Assembly (NCBI GenBank): GCA_039188505.1
Contig: JBCCZC010000021.1
Location: forward strand, 1 to 25,965
Origin: Pseudomonadota bacterium
Lineage (GTDB): Bacteria > Pseudomonadota > Gammaproteobacteria > Xanthomonadales > SZUA-38
Length of the DNA stretch: 25,965 nt
Reading direction: 5' to 3'
Part shown: in pieces, positions 16,226 through 24,273 of the stretch
Layout of the letters: each line of letters opens with the position of its first letter
How positions within the stretch are numbered: position 1 is the first letter of the stretch
Position numbers and translations under genes: made by a program
The notes under the pieces: model-generated
What the model saw: only the letters and a program-made list of their open reading frames with translations
The model's database searches: none
Told to the model about the DNA's origin: nothing

Positions 16226-16468
16226 ATGGAAGACCGACGCCACGATCAACGCAGGCTCAACGTCCACGCCCTCAAGCGAGAGCTCAATGCCGATCAGCTC
16301 GCAACGCTGAACAGCCTGGAATCCTTCGGCTGGGAGCTCAAGTTCGTCCGCAAGCCGCTCTTCCAGGACCCGGTGCCCATCGTCTTCGACGACTCCCGCG
16401 AACACTTCGCGGTCCTCGAAGCCGACGGCACCCTGAACGAGGAGCCGGGGATCACGATCAGGGATTAG
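16226..16468 (+). CDS. small hypothetical protein, 80 aa
   Basis: Strong SD (GGGGGAG) and promoter upstream. Hydrophilic. Sequence MEDRRHDQRRLNVHALKRELNADQLATLNSLESFGWELKFVRKPLFQDPVPIVFDDSREHFAVLEADGTLNEEPGITIRD. No family recognised. It is the only ORF in a lower-GC islet flanked by the two repeat copies. Confidence 0.55.
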   Translation: MEDRRHDQRRLNVHALKRELNADQLATLNSLESFGWELKFVRKPLFQDPVPIVFDDSREHFAVLEADGTLNEEPGITIRD

Positions 16469-16657
16469 TGGAGCTCGCCGTGACTCTCGGACCGGGTCAG
16501 CCCAGAGCGAGCGCCGCCTGGCCGTTCACATCCAGACCGGAATGACCGACACGGTGCTCCCTGGCCCTGGCAGAAGCGCACCGCTCCCAGGCGTTTGCAG
16601 CTCGAATAGTGGCGACACGAGCCCGCACGAACGCCTGCCACAGCCCCTCCGCACATA

Positions 16658-16697
16658 CGCTTCAACGCTTCAACGCTTCAACGCCTCTACGCTTCTG
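16658..16697 (+). repeat. short tandem array of 8-nt units (cgcttcaa x3, then degenerate cgcctcta, cgcttctg) leading into repeat copy B
   Basis: acgcttcaacgcttcaacgcttcaacgcctctacgcttctg, read directly from the sequence. The 5' end of the structured repeat begins inside the degenerate units. Confidence 0.6.
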
Positions 16698-16797
16698 AAA
16701 ACAAAGCTAGCGAGTCTGAGCGGTTTTTCGAGCACAGCTCGAAAAGAAGCGATACGAGCCTTCCCCTTGGTCTTCGCCCGGCTTGCCGGGCGGAGCA
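16688..16797 (+). repeat. copy B of the about 110-nt repeated structured element
   Basis: ctacgcTtctgaaaacaaagctagcgaGtctgagcgg t[ttttcgagc-acag-gctcgaaaa]g aagaagcgatacgagccttccc...cgcc[cggc-ttg-ccggg]cggagca. Same orientation as copy A, 688 nt apart. Lies between the convergent 3' ends of the 16226 ORF and the PilZ-domain gene. Confidence 0.6.
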
Positions 16798-16815
16798 GCG
16801 ATACGAGGCCACCAA

Positions 16816-18471
16816 TTAGTCTCGCGCATACCCCATCAGCACGACTTCCGAGGTCTTCTCGAGCTTCTCGCTCGTGGCGATGGGGCCGCAGAAGCTCTTG
16901 CGGCTGTCGCCAACGCAGATCGCGGTCGGTCCGGCGATCGCGGACATGCCCGCGGTCGCGAAGCGGTCCTTGCCATTGCCGTCCCCGTCCCGGAAGGGCC
17001 GGTAGCCCAGGGCCCGGTGCGGCACCGCGGCGTCGCCGCTCTGGGTCGCGAGCAGCGCGGCCGGAACCAGGTCGCGGCCCACCACACCGATGCCGAGCTC
17101 GATCTCGCGGACGTCGATGGCATTGAGCCAGCGCACGATGCCCATCATCCAGAGCGGAGTCCGCTCGAACAGCGAGTCCGCGCAGAGCACCACGAGTTCC
17201 CCGACGCGAACCTGGAGCCGTTCGACGTCGACAAGGCGCAGGCGATAGCCGCCGAGGCTCTGGTTGAGCACCTCCGCCTCGTAGGCCGGCGGCCGTCCCT
17301 CGACCGTGTCCTGGCCGCCGAAGCGGGGGCGGTCGCGGCTCGCCGCCTCGACGAATGACGGATCGCCATACTCCCGGAGGAAGCGCGTAAACGGTCCCTC
17401 GTCTGCAAGCATGAAGTGGGCCGCGTGCAGCCCCACGAAGAGGCGCACCATGTGATGGCCCTGCAGCCGCTGGAAGGACCGCTTGCGTCGAATCCCCCAG
17501 GTTGCCAGGAGCTGGTTGATCAGATCCCGGTCGATGATCAGTGGCTTGCCGTCGTTATCCTTGAAGGACAGCTCACGCAACTGCTCCTGGGCCGTTTCCT
17601 CGACCTCGAGCAGCCAGTTCCGGAGTTCGCGTACGTCGAAGACGAGGTCGAACTTGGCCGGGACCTCGCCATCCGTGATCAGGACCGGGGGATCGTCGCC
17701 CTCGACCTCGATTTCGAAGAGTCCGGCCGCTGCCTTGTCGAGCGACACGGCGGCATTGACCCGGATCCGACGGGCCCAGAGCGCGGCGGCCTGGGCCAGC
17801 GCCCGCATCGCGCGCTGTCCGAGCCGGCTAGGATCGCTGATGCCGAAGAGCGCGATTCGCCGGAACAGATCATCGATCGACGCCGAGGTGGCGAGGCACA
17901 GATCGGACTCGATCACCCGTTCGTGCATGTCGTTCTGGCGAGCAAACGCGTAGAGCACGTTGATCTCGTTCCACACCTGCGGGGCGGCCTGCTGGTAGAG
18001 CATGCCCTGGCGATAGAGCATCTGTTCAAGGCAGGCGAGCGCGGCATGCAGGCACCGGCCGACGGCGCGCTTCTGCATAAAGCCCACGGAAGTGGAGGTG
18101 CCGACCATGTCGTAGGCCGCGAGCCGGTAGCCCATCGACAGTTCGCGGAAGAACTGCACGGCCACGCGACCGACGCGATCACGCTTCTCGTCGAGGGGGA
18201 AGGCCGTATCGCGATAGTGCCGATCAAGGACACCCACGACGGTGAGTACCGGCGAGATGGTGTGGTCGAGCATCTCCAGGCGCTGCTTCTGGGGAATCTC
18301 CGCCTGGTTCATCTCCTGCAGTGCGAGCAGCAGCTGATTACCGGCGGCGGTCATGTTCCCGAGCGGCAGCGATTCGAGCCACGCCAGGTAGCGCTTGACC
18401 TGCGCCAGCCGTGAACTCTTCTCCGGCCGGCCCTGTTCCGGGCGATGCAGGCTGAGTTTGACTTTCTTCAT
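16816..18471 (-). CDS. PilZ-domain protein (putative c-di-GMP effector) with a large uncharacterised N-terminal region
   Basis: 551 aa. Near the C-terminus, RDRPR (RxxxR) is followed 22 residues later by NQSLGG ((D/N)xSxxG). Together these form the bipartite c-di-GMP-binding signature of PilZ domains. A beta-rich segment follows (YRLRLVDVERLQVRVGELVVLCADSL...). The about 370 N-terminal residues and about 80 C-terminal residues are unassigned. Confidence 0.7.
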   Translation of the reverse strand: MKKVKLSLHRPEQGRPEKSSRLAQVKRYLAWLESLPLGNMTAAGNQLLLALQEMNQAEIPQKQRLEMLDHTISPVLTVVGVLDRHYRDTAFPLDEKRDRVGRVAVQFFRELSMGYRLAAYDMVGTSTSVGFMQKRAVGRCLHAALACLEQMLYRQGMLYQQAAPQVWNEINVLYAFARQNDMHERVIESDLCLATSASIDDLFRRIALFGISDPSRLGQRAMRALAQAAALWARRIRVNAAVSLDKAAAGLFEIEVEGDDPPVLITDGEVPAKFDLVFDVRELRNWLLEVEETAQEQLRELSFKDNDGKPLIIDRDLINQLLATWGIRRKRSFQRLQGHHMVRLFVGLHAAHFMLADEGPFTRFLREYGDPSFVEAASRDRPRFGGQDTVEGRPPAYEAEVLNQSLGGYRLRLVDVERLQVRVGELVVLCADSLFERTPLWMMGIVRWLNAIDVREIELGIGVVGRDLVPAALLATQSGDAAVPHRALGYRPFRDGDGNGKDRFATAGMSAIAGPTAICVGDSRKSFCGPIATSEKLEKTSEVVLMGYARD

Positions 18472-18753
18472 TGGTGCTGCGGCCTCCCCTAGCCGGAGTA
18501 TTTCGTCAGTTGCCCTGCAGCCGAAATTTTTGCCTTTTCAATCATGGGCTTAGACCATAACTCGGGCATTAGAACGTCACGCTATCTGACGCCGCCGATC
18601 TCTCGCTGCCCCTGGCGGCACAGCTCGTACGATCTGCACTCGCCAGCGACACCGAGAATTCCGGCAACCGACGAAATAATCCGCCGAGCGCCGATCCAGC
18701 GTACGGATCAACGATAACGGAAAGTCGCACACCTTTGAATGAGAAGCGCGCCG

Positions 18754-20148
18754 CTAGCGCTTACGATTAACGAATCTTTTCAAGCGTTTGCGTTTCGCCA
18801 GCTGACGACCCGAAAGCTGGTTGCGGCGGCCCTTGAAGGGATTCTCCGACTGCCGCAGATCCAGCAGGATCGGCGTCCCCACGAGCTGGAGACGCTTGCG
18901 GAAGACGCCGGCCAGGTAGCGCCGGTAGCTGTCGGGGATCGTGTGCACCCGCGTGCCATGGATCACGATCCGGAGCGGCACGTTGCCACCGAGGTGCGCG
19001 TATCGCAGCTTGGCGGTCCGACCATGCACCATCGGGGGCTGATGGGCGTCGTAGGCACCCTGGAGAATCTCCGTGAGCCGCTTGGTGCTGAGCTGCTGGT
19101 GGGAAGCGTCGTAGGCCGCCTCCACGGCGTCCATCATCTCGCCAAGTCCGCTGCCGTGGAGCGCCGAGATGAAGACCTGCTCGGCGTAGGGGACGAAGGT
19201 CAGGCGACGATCCAGCTCCCGGCGAACGGTGTCGCGCTGTTCGGTCGGCAGGTGGTCCCATTTGTTGATGGCGATGACCAGCGGCCGCGCTGCCTTCAGC
19301 ACCAAACCCAGCAGCGTGGCGTCCTGCTCGACGATTCCTTCCTGCGCATCGATGGTGACGATGATGACATCGGACTCCTCGATCGCCCGAAGCGCCTTGA
19401 TCACGCTGAACTTCTCAACGCTCTCGTCCACCCGGGAGCGCCGCCGGACACCTGCGGTATCCACGAGGGTGAAATCGCGCCCCTCGTAGACCCAGGGAAT
19501 CTCGATCGCATCGCGCGTCGTCCCGGGCGCGTCAAAGGCGACCACCCGCTCCTCGCCCAGGAGGCGATTCACGAGCGTCGACTTGCCGACGTTCGGCCGG
19601 CCGATCACCGTCAGGCGAATGCGCCGCTCCTGCTCGCCGTCCTCGGGCGTCGGCTCGACACCGGCCGCCTCGGCAACGATCTCACCGAGCTGCGTCGTGC
19701 CCCGCCGGTGCGCCGCGGCCACGGGCAGCACCTCCTCGAAGCCGAGCGTGTAGAAATCCGCGACGGCCACCGCCTCGTCCAGCCCATCGGTCTTGTTGAC
19801 GATGATCATCACGGGCTTGCCGGCGGTGCGCAGGCGTGCGGCGATGCGCTCGTCCTCCGCCACCAGCCCCGCCCTGCCGTCGACCACGAAGAGTACGAGC
19901 GATGATTCCTCGACCGCCGCCTGAACCTGGCCCTCCGTGAGGGCGTCGATGCCCTCGGTCGCGCCCGTCAGCCCGCCGGTATCGACCAGCACGAAGTTGC
20001 CCGAAACCGTTTCGGCGATACCGTAGCGGCGATCGCGGGTCAGGCCTTCGAAATCGGCCACCAGCGCATCGCGGCTCCGGGTCAGCACGTTGAAGAGCGT
20101 TGACTTGCCGACGTTGGGTCGGCCGACGAGGGCGACGACGGGAACCAT
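18754..20148 (-). CDS. der: ribosome-associated GTPase Der (EngA), tandem GTPase domains + KH-like domain
   Basis: N-terminus MVPVVALVGRPNVGKSTLFNVLTRSRDALVADFEGLTRDR is almost identical to E. coli Der. A second G-domain is present (IRLTVIGRPNVGKSTLVNRLLGEER), and the C-terminal tail is basic. Confidence 0.95.
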   Translation of the reverse strand: MVPVVALVGRPNVGKSTLFNVLTRSRDALVADFEGLTRDRRYGIAETVSGNFVLVDTGGLTGATEGIDALTEGQVQAAVEESSLVLFVVDGRAGLVAEDERIAARLRTAGKPVMIIVNKTDGLDEAVAVADFYTLGFEEVLPVAAAHRRGTTQLGEIVAEAAGVEPTPEDGEQERRIRLTVIGRPNVGKSTLVNRLLGEERVVAFDAPGTTRDAIEIPWVYEGRDFTLVDTAGVRRRSRVDESVEKFSVIKALRAIEESDVIIVTIDAQEGIVEQDATLLGLVLKAARPLVIAINKWDHLPTEQRDTVRRELDRRLTFVPYAEQVFISALHGSGLGEMMDAVEAAYDASHQQLSTKRLTEILQGAYDAHQPPMVHGRTAKLRYAHLGGNVPLRIVIHGTRVHTIPDSYRRYLAGVFRKRLQLVGTPILLDLRQSENPFKGRRNQLSGRQLAKRKRLKRFVNRKR

Positions 20149-20157
20149 GTCGGCGCG

Positions 20158-21300
20158 TCAGGGTGCCGCTTCGAAGGCGGAGACCTTTCCGTCCTGGCTC
20201 TGCACGATGAGGAGGTTGCCGACGACCTGCGGCCGGACGACGAGCCCGCTGCTTCCGGCCTTCTGCCGGGCAACGAAGCGACCATCGTCCTCGGCCATCC
20301 AGTGCAGATAGCCTTCGAAGTCCCCGACCACGACCGCGTCACCGTGGTAAGCCGGGCCGGTAACGAGACGACGAACGAGCGCGTCCTGCTTCCACAGCGT
20401 ACCGCCGGTGAGGCGATCGATGCCCCAGACGGCATCGTTCGAGTCCGCGACCGCCAGCTGCGTGCGCGAGACGGAGACGCCGCCAGCAGAGGACATGTCC
20501 TTCACCCAGAGCAGGCGCCCGGAGTTCGCGGTAAGGGCCGCGAGCAGTCCCTGGTAGGTGACGGTGTAGATGTCGGATGCGACCATGACCATCGCGCCGT
20601 CGATGTCGACGATGCGCTCGAGCTCGGTCCGGCCCTGGGGGGCCGAAACGGTCTGTTCCCAGACCACCGTGCCGTCGGCGATGCGCAGCGCTGCCATGCG
20701 ACCGTTGTCGAAGCCGAGATACGCGTAGCCGCCGCGGAGCAACGGCTCGCCGGTGCCCCGTAACGTCAGCAGCGGCACGCTCTGGTCGTAGACCCAGGCG
20801 CGGCGCCCGGTCTCGGACTCGAAACCGAAGACGCGGCCGTCCTGGGACCGGACGATGACCATGCCATCGGCGGCCTGCGGTGCTGCGAGAATCTCCGAAG
20901 AGGTCTGGGCGCGCCAGCGCTCGGCACCGGTCACTTCGTCGAGCGCAATGACCTCACCGTCAAGCGAACCGACGAGAATCAGGTCATCGCCGAGGCCCGG
21001 ACCCGCGCTGAGCGGCTCATCGAGCTCCGTGGTCCAGAGGATGCGGCCGGTCGCCGGATCGATCGATCGCACCCGGCCACCCGCGCCAGCTGCGTGAACC
21101 TTGCCGCCACGCACCGACGGTCGCAGCCCGCCAAGCGGCAGCTTCGACTTGCCGCCGACCTCCACGCTCCAGGCCCGCTTCACGGCGATCTCGGGCGTAA
21201 AGTCGATCAGCTTCGCAGGCTTGAGCTCGTCGTCACCACCGAAGAGCGAACAGCCGCTCACCAGCAGCGCGAGGAAACCCGCCGCCGCAGCCCGGATCAT
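20158..21300 (-). CDS. bamB: outer-membrane protein assembly factor BamB (PQQ-repeat beta-propeller lipoprotein)
   Basis: Lipoprotein signal peptide with lipobox (MIRAAAAGFLALLVSGCSLF). Repeated PQQ-like blades (GKVHAAGAGGRVRSIDPATGRILW, etc.). Conserved position between yfgM and der. ATGA overlap with the yfgM stop. Confidence 0.9.
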   Translation of the reverse strand: MIRAAAAGFLALLVSGCSLFGGDDELKPAKLIDFTPEIAVKRAWSVEVGGKSKLPLGGLRPSVRGGKVHAAGAGGRVRSIDPATGRILWTTELDEPLSAGPGLGDDLILVGSLDGEVIALDEVTGAERWRAQTSSEILAAPQAADGMVIVRSQDGRVFGFESETGRRAWVYDQSVPLLTLRGTGEPLLRGGYAYLGFDNGRMAALRIADGTVVWEQTVSAPQGRTELERIVDIDGAMVMVASDIYTVTYQGLLAALTANSGRLLWVKDMSSAGGVSVSRTQLAVADSNDAVWGIDRLTGGTLWKQDALVRRLVTGPAYHGDAVVVGDFEGYLHWMAEDDGRFVARQKAGSSGLVVRPQVVGNLLIVQSQDGKVSAFEAAP

Positions 21301-21944
21301 GTCGATCCGCCGCCGTCGCCGACGTCCGCGAGGTCGTCGTACTTCATCTGCAGGAGATTGCGGTCTCCGCCGGAATCCAGCTCGTTCAGCGCAACCTCAT
21401 AGGCCTCGCGGGCCCCGGCGCGATCGCCCTGGGCCAGCAGGATGTCGCCGCGAAGCTCGGCTGCGAGGCCCTCGAAGGCGCCGCTACCGAAGCGATCCAC
21501 GGTTGCCAGCGCGGCCGCGTGCTCGCCCTGGGCGAGCTGCACGCGAGCGAGCCGCAGGCCCGCCACGGACCGCAATGCCTCCGGCTGCGCGATCTCGGTC
21601 GCCCGGCGCAGATACTGAGCCGCCTCGTCGAGGTTGCCCGCATCGTTGGCCGCCTTGGCCAGCGACAGCGCCGCGAAGCCAACGAAGGCCGACCCGTCGT
21701 GGGCGGTTTCGAACTGTTGTAGGGCTTCAGGTGCGTTCTCGCCCCGGTCCAGCGCGGCCGCAAGGTCCACGTAGCTCCGGGCCGCCGCCACGCGCTGCGA
21801 GGTCTGGAAATCCTGCCAGTAGCGGAACCCGAAGAGTCCGCCGATGGCCAGGGCCACGCCCATGAGGATGGCGCCGCCGTTGTCGCGGACCCATTGCTTG
21901 ACGGCTTCCGCCTGTTCGTAATCGTCTAGATATTCGTTCGCCAT
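21297..21944 (-). CDS. yfgM: YfgM family (UPF0070) membrane-anchored TPR-like protein, ancillary SecYEG/PpiD partner
   Basis: ATG at 21944 (MANEYLDDYEQAEAVKQWVRDNGGAILMGVALAIGGLFGFRYW) gives the typical N-terminus, single TM and TPR-like periplasmic domain. Conserved hisS-yfgM-bamB-der order. The ORF-track start at 22034 would overlap hisS and is rejected. Confidence 0.85.
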   Translation of the reverse strand: MANEYLDDYEQAEAVKQWVRDNGGAILMGVALAIGGLFGFRYWQDFQTSQRVAAARSYVDLAAALDRGENAPEALQQFETAHDGSAFVGFAALSLAKAANDAGNLDEAAQYLRRATEIAQPEALRSVAGLRLARVQLAQGEHAAALATVDRFGSGAFEGLAAELRGDILLAQGDRAGAREAYEVALNELDSGGDRNLLQMKYDDLADVGDGGGST

Positions 21945-22005
21945 CGTGTGCGTCAGTGAAATCAAAAGCCCTGCATTGTAGCCCAAGCCTGGACCACGGG
22001 TAAGT

Positions 22006-23283
22006 CTAGATGGGTGACCCCACGGAGTTCGCAAGAAGGGTCACGATCTCGTCGAAGGGCAGCGTCGTCTGCTCGCGATCGTCCCGGAGGAACTTGACCG
22101 TGAGTCGGTCGGCGGCCAATTCATCATCGCCGACCACCAGTGCCAGCCGCGCGCCGCTCCGGTCAGCCCGCTTGAACTGTGCCTTGAAGCTGCCGCCGCC
22201 GAAGTTGCATTCCAGATGGATCGTGGGCAACGCGTTCCGCAGACGCTCGGCCAGGGCCACGCCGGACCGCTGCGCCTGATCGCCGGCGAGCACCAGGTAC
22301 ACGTCGGGCGCTGCCGCCGGTGGCTCGAGGCCCTGCACCCGCGTCAGCTCGACGATGCGATCCACGCCCATGGCGAAGCCGATTCCGGGCGTCGGCTTGC
22401 CACCCTGGGCCTCGACGAGTCCGTCATAGCGGCCGCCGGCACAGATCGTACCCTGCGCCCCGAGCTGGTCGGTGATCCATTCGAAAACCGTCCGCGAGTA
22501 GTAGTCGAGCCCGCGCACCAGGCGCGGGTTGACGGTGTAGGGAATAGCCAGCGCGTCGAGCACGGCCCGGACCCCGTCCAGGTGAACCCGGGATTCCTCG
22601 TCGAGGCTGGCAAGCAGCGACGGAGCCCCGGCGATCACGTCGGCAAGCGCCGGATTCTTGCTGTCGAGAATCCTGAGGGGATTCACCTCGAGCCGGCGCA
22701 GGCTGTCCTCGTCGAGGGCAGACCGGTGCTGCTCCAGGTACGCGACCAGCGTCGCGCGGTAGGCCGTGCGGCTCTCGGGGGTTCCCAGCGAATTGATCTC
22801 GAGGCGTACGTCGCTGAGCCCGAGCGCACGCCACAGCCGCGCCAGCATCGCAATCTGCTCGGCGTCGATGTCCGGTCCCGACTGACCGAAGGCCTCGGCG
22901 CCGATCTGGTAGAACTGACGGTTGCGCCCGCGCTGGACGTTCTCGCGCCGGAACATTGGCCCGCTGTACCACAGGCGGGTGACGTGGCCCTGGAGGAGAC
23001 CGTTCTGGATCGCCGCGCGGACGGTGCCCGCCGTACCCTCCGGTCGCAGCGCCAGATGATCGCCGTTGCGATCCTCGAAGGCATACATCTCCTTGGCGAC
23101 GACATCGGTCGTCGAACCCATCGCGCGAGCGAACAGCGACACCTGCTCGAGGATGGGCAGCCGTAGCTCCGCATAGCCATAGCCATCAAGAAGGTCGAGC
23201 GCCGTCCGCTCGACCCAGTGCCATCGAGATACTTCCGCGGGCACGATGTCGTACATGCCCTTGACGCGCTTGCTGGCGCTCAT
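22006..23283 (-). CDS. hisS: histidine--tRNA ligase
   Basis: 425 aa, class II aaRS motifs: MYAFEDRNGDHLALRPEGTAGTVRA (motif 2 region), GGGRYDGLVE, FAMGVDRI (motif 3). Confidence 0.95.
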   Translation of the reverse strand: MSASKRVKGMYDIVPAEVSRWHWVERTALDLLDGYGYAELRLPILEQVSLFARAMGSTTDVVAKEMYAFEDRNGDHLALRPEGTAGTVRAAIQNGLLQGHVTRLWYSGPMFRRENVQRGRNRQFYQIGAEAFGQSGPDIDAEQIAMLARLWRALGLSDVRLEINSLGTPESRTAYRATLVAYLEQHRSALDEDSLRRLEVNPLRILDSKNPALADVIAGAPSLLASLDEESRVHLDGVRAVLDALAIPYTVNPRLVRGLDYYSRTVFEWITDQLGAQGTICAGGRYDGLVEAQGGKPTPGIGFAMGVDRIVELTRVQGLEPPAAAPDVYLVLAGDQAQRSGVALAERLRNALPTIHLECNFGGGSFKAQFKRADRSGARLALVVGDDELAADRLTVKFLRDDREQTTLPFDEIVTLLANSVGSPI

Positions 23284-23316
23284 GTGATGTTCCTGCGAGA
23301 GGGGACTGCTGGGAGG

Positions 23317-24270
23317 TCAGCTGTCGTCGTCGGACGACGGCAGCTGGAAATCGGCGACATCGCGGTCGATGTGCGGCGACAGATCGAACGGCTCGCCATC
23401 GATCGCCGCCACCACCGCGTGTGCATTGCCCATGCGGGCGTCGATGCCCTCGCCAAGGGGCAGCCGGTGCGTGGTCCCGGCAGCCTGCGTGCCGAACAGG
23501 AGCCGCCGGCCACTGGCATCCCGGATGTCGACCCAGACATCCTCGCGGAGCGACAACTCCAGCACGGCCTCGAGTCGCGCCGCTTCCGGGGGCTCATCGG
23601 CGACAGCCTCGGTGTCCACCGGCAGGGCCTCGGCCTCCGCCGCCGTGTCGGCGGGCACCTCGAAGCCGGTCGCGAAGCTCGGCGCCGCCGCAGGGAGCGG
23701 CGAATCAGCGCGCTCGCGACGCGTCGTCAACCCCGTCATCGATGCGATCATCGGTACCGGATCCGCCACTTCCGTGCCGTCCGGGGCCTCGACGTCGGTC
23801 GCCGCAGGTGCATCGGCGGTTGCCCCGACGACCTCAGCAGCCTCCTGCGCATCGAACAGGGAGCCATCGAACGCGCGAATCACGATCACGAGCGCCGGAA
23901 TAGCGATCAGAGCGGTTGCGATCGAATAGCTCACAGCGCGACGATATCCCTGCATCCGCTGCGGGCGCGCGCGGGCGAGTGCCGGCATCTCCTCAGTCTG
24001 TTCGACGGCCTGGAGCGACAGCTGCTCGATCGCGTCGGACACGTCAACATCAACCAGGCGCCCATAGGAGCGCAGGTAGCCCTTGAGATAGACCGGAGCG
24101 CCCAGGACCGCCCAGCGGCCGGCCTCGATGTTGCGCACCGACGTCACCGTAAGCTTCAGCTCGGCCGCGACGGCCTCGATGGAGCGATCCCCGGCCTCGC
24201 GCGCATCACGCAGCGCGACGCCGAGGCTCTCAGCGATGCTATCGAACAGATGGGTGGTCTCGCTGCTCAT
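23317..24270 (-). CDS. rodZ: cytoskeleton protein RodZ (XRE-type HTH, single TM, C-terminal DUF4115)
   Basis: N-terminal HTH (LGVALRDAREAGDRSIEAVAAELKLTVTSVRNIEAGRW...YLKGYLRSYGRLVDVD). TM helix VSYSIATALIAIPALVIVI. Acidic/Ala-rich linker. C-terminal LELSLREDVWVDIRDASGRRLLFG (DUF4115). Sits in the conserved position after pilW/rlmN. Confidence 0.85.
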   Translation of the reverse strand: MSSETTHLFDSIAESLGVALRDAREAGDRSIEAVAAELKLTVTSVRNIEAGRWAVLGAPVYLKGYLRSYGRLVDVDVSDAIEQLSLQAVEQTEEMPALARARPQRMQGYRRAVSYSIATALIAIPALVIVIRAFDGSLFDAQEAAEVVGATADAPAATDVEAPDGTEVADPVPMIASMTGLTTRRERADSPLPAAAPSFATGFEVPADTAAEAEALPVDTEAVADEPPEAARLEAVLELSLREDVWVDIRDASGRRLLFGTQAAGTTHRLPLGEGIDARMGNAHAVVAAIDGEPFDLSPHIDRDVADFQLPSSDDDS

Positions 24271-24273
24271 GTC

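Noticed and set aside
18472-18753. Possible c-di-GMP-I (GEMM) riboswitch in the AT-richer leader upstream of the PilZ-domain gene
   Set aside because: On the transcribed strand I see GGCAAAAAUUUCGG and GACGAAAUACUCCGGC, which superficially recall the GGCAAACC and GACGCAAAGCC...CCGG blocks of GEMM-I. The spacing, the P1/P2 pairing and the tetraloop/receptor positions do not line up. Not claimable without a covariance-model search (Infernal/Rfam RF01051).
20100-20148. Unusually basic C-terminal tail of Der (…QLAKRKRLKRFVNRKR) as a possible fusion/extension
   Set aside because: Der orthologues commonly end in a Lys/Arg-rich tail. The length is within the normal range and there is no evidence of a fused domain.
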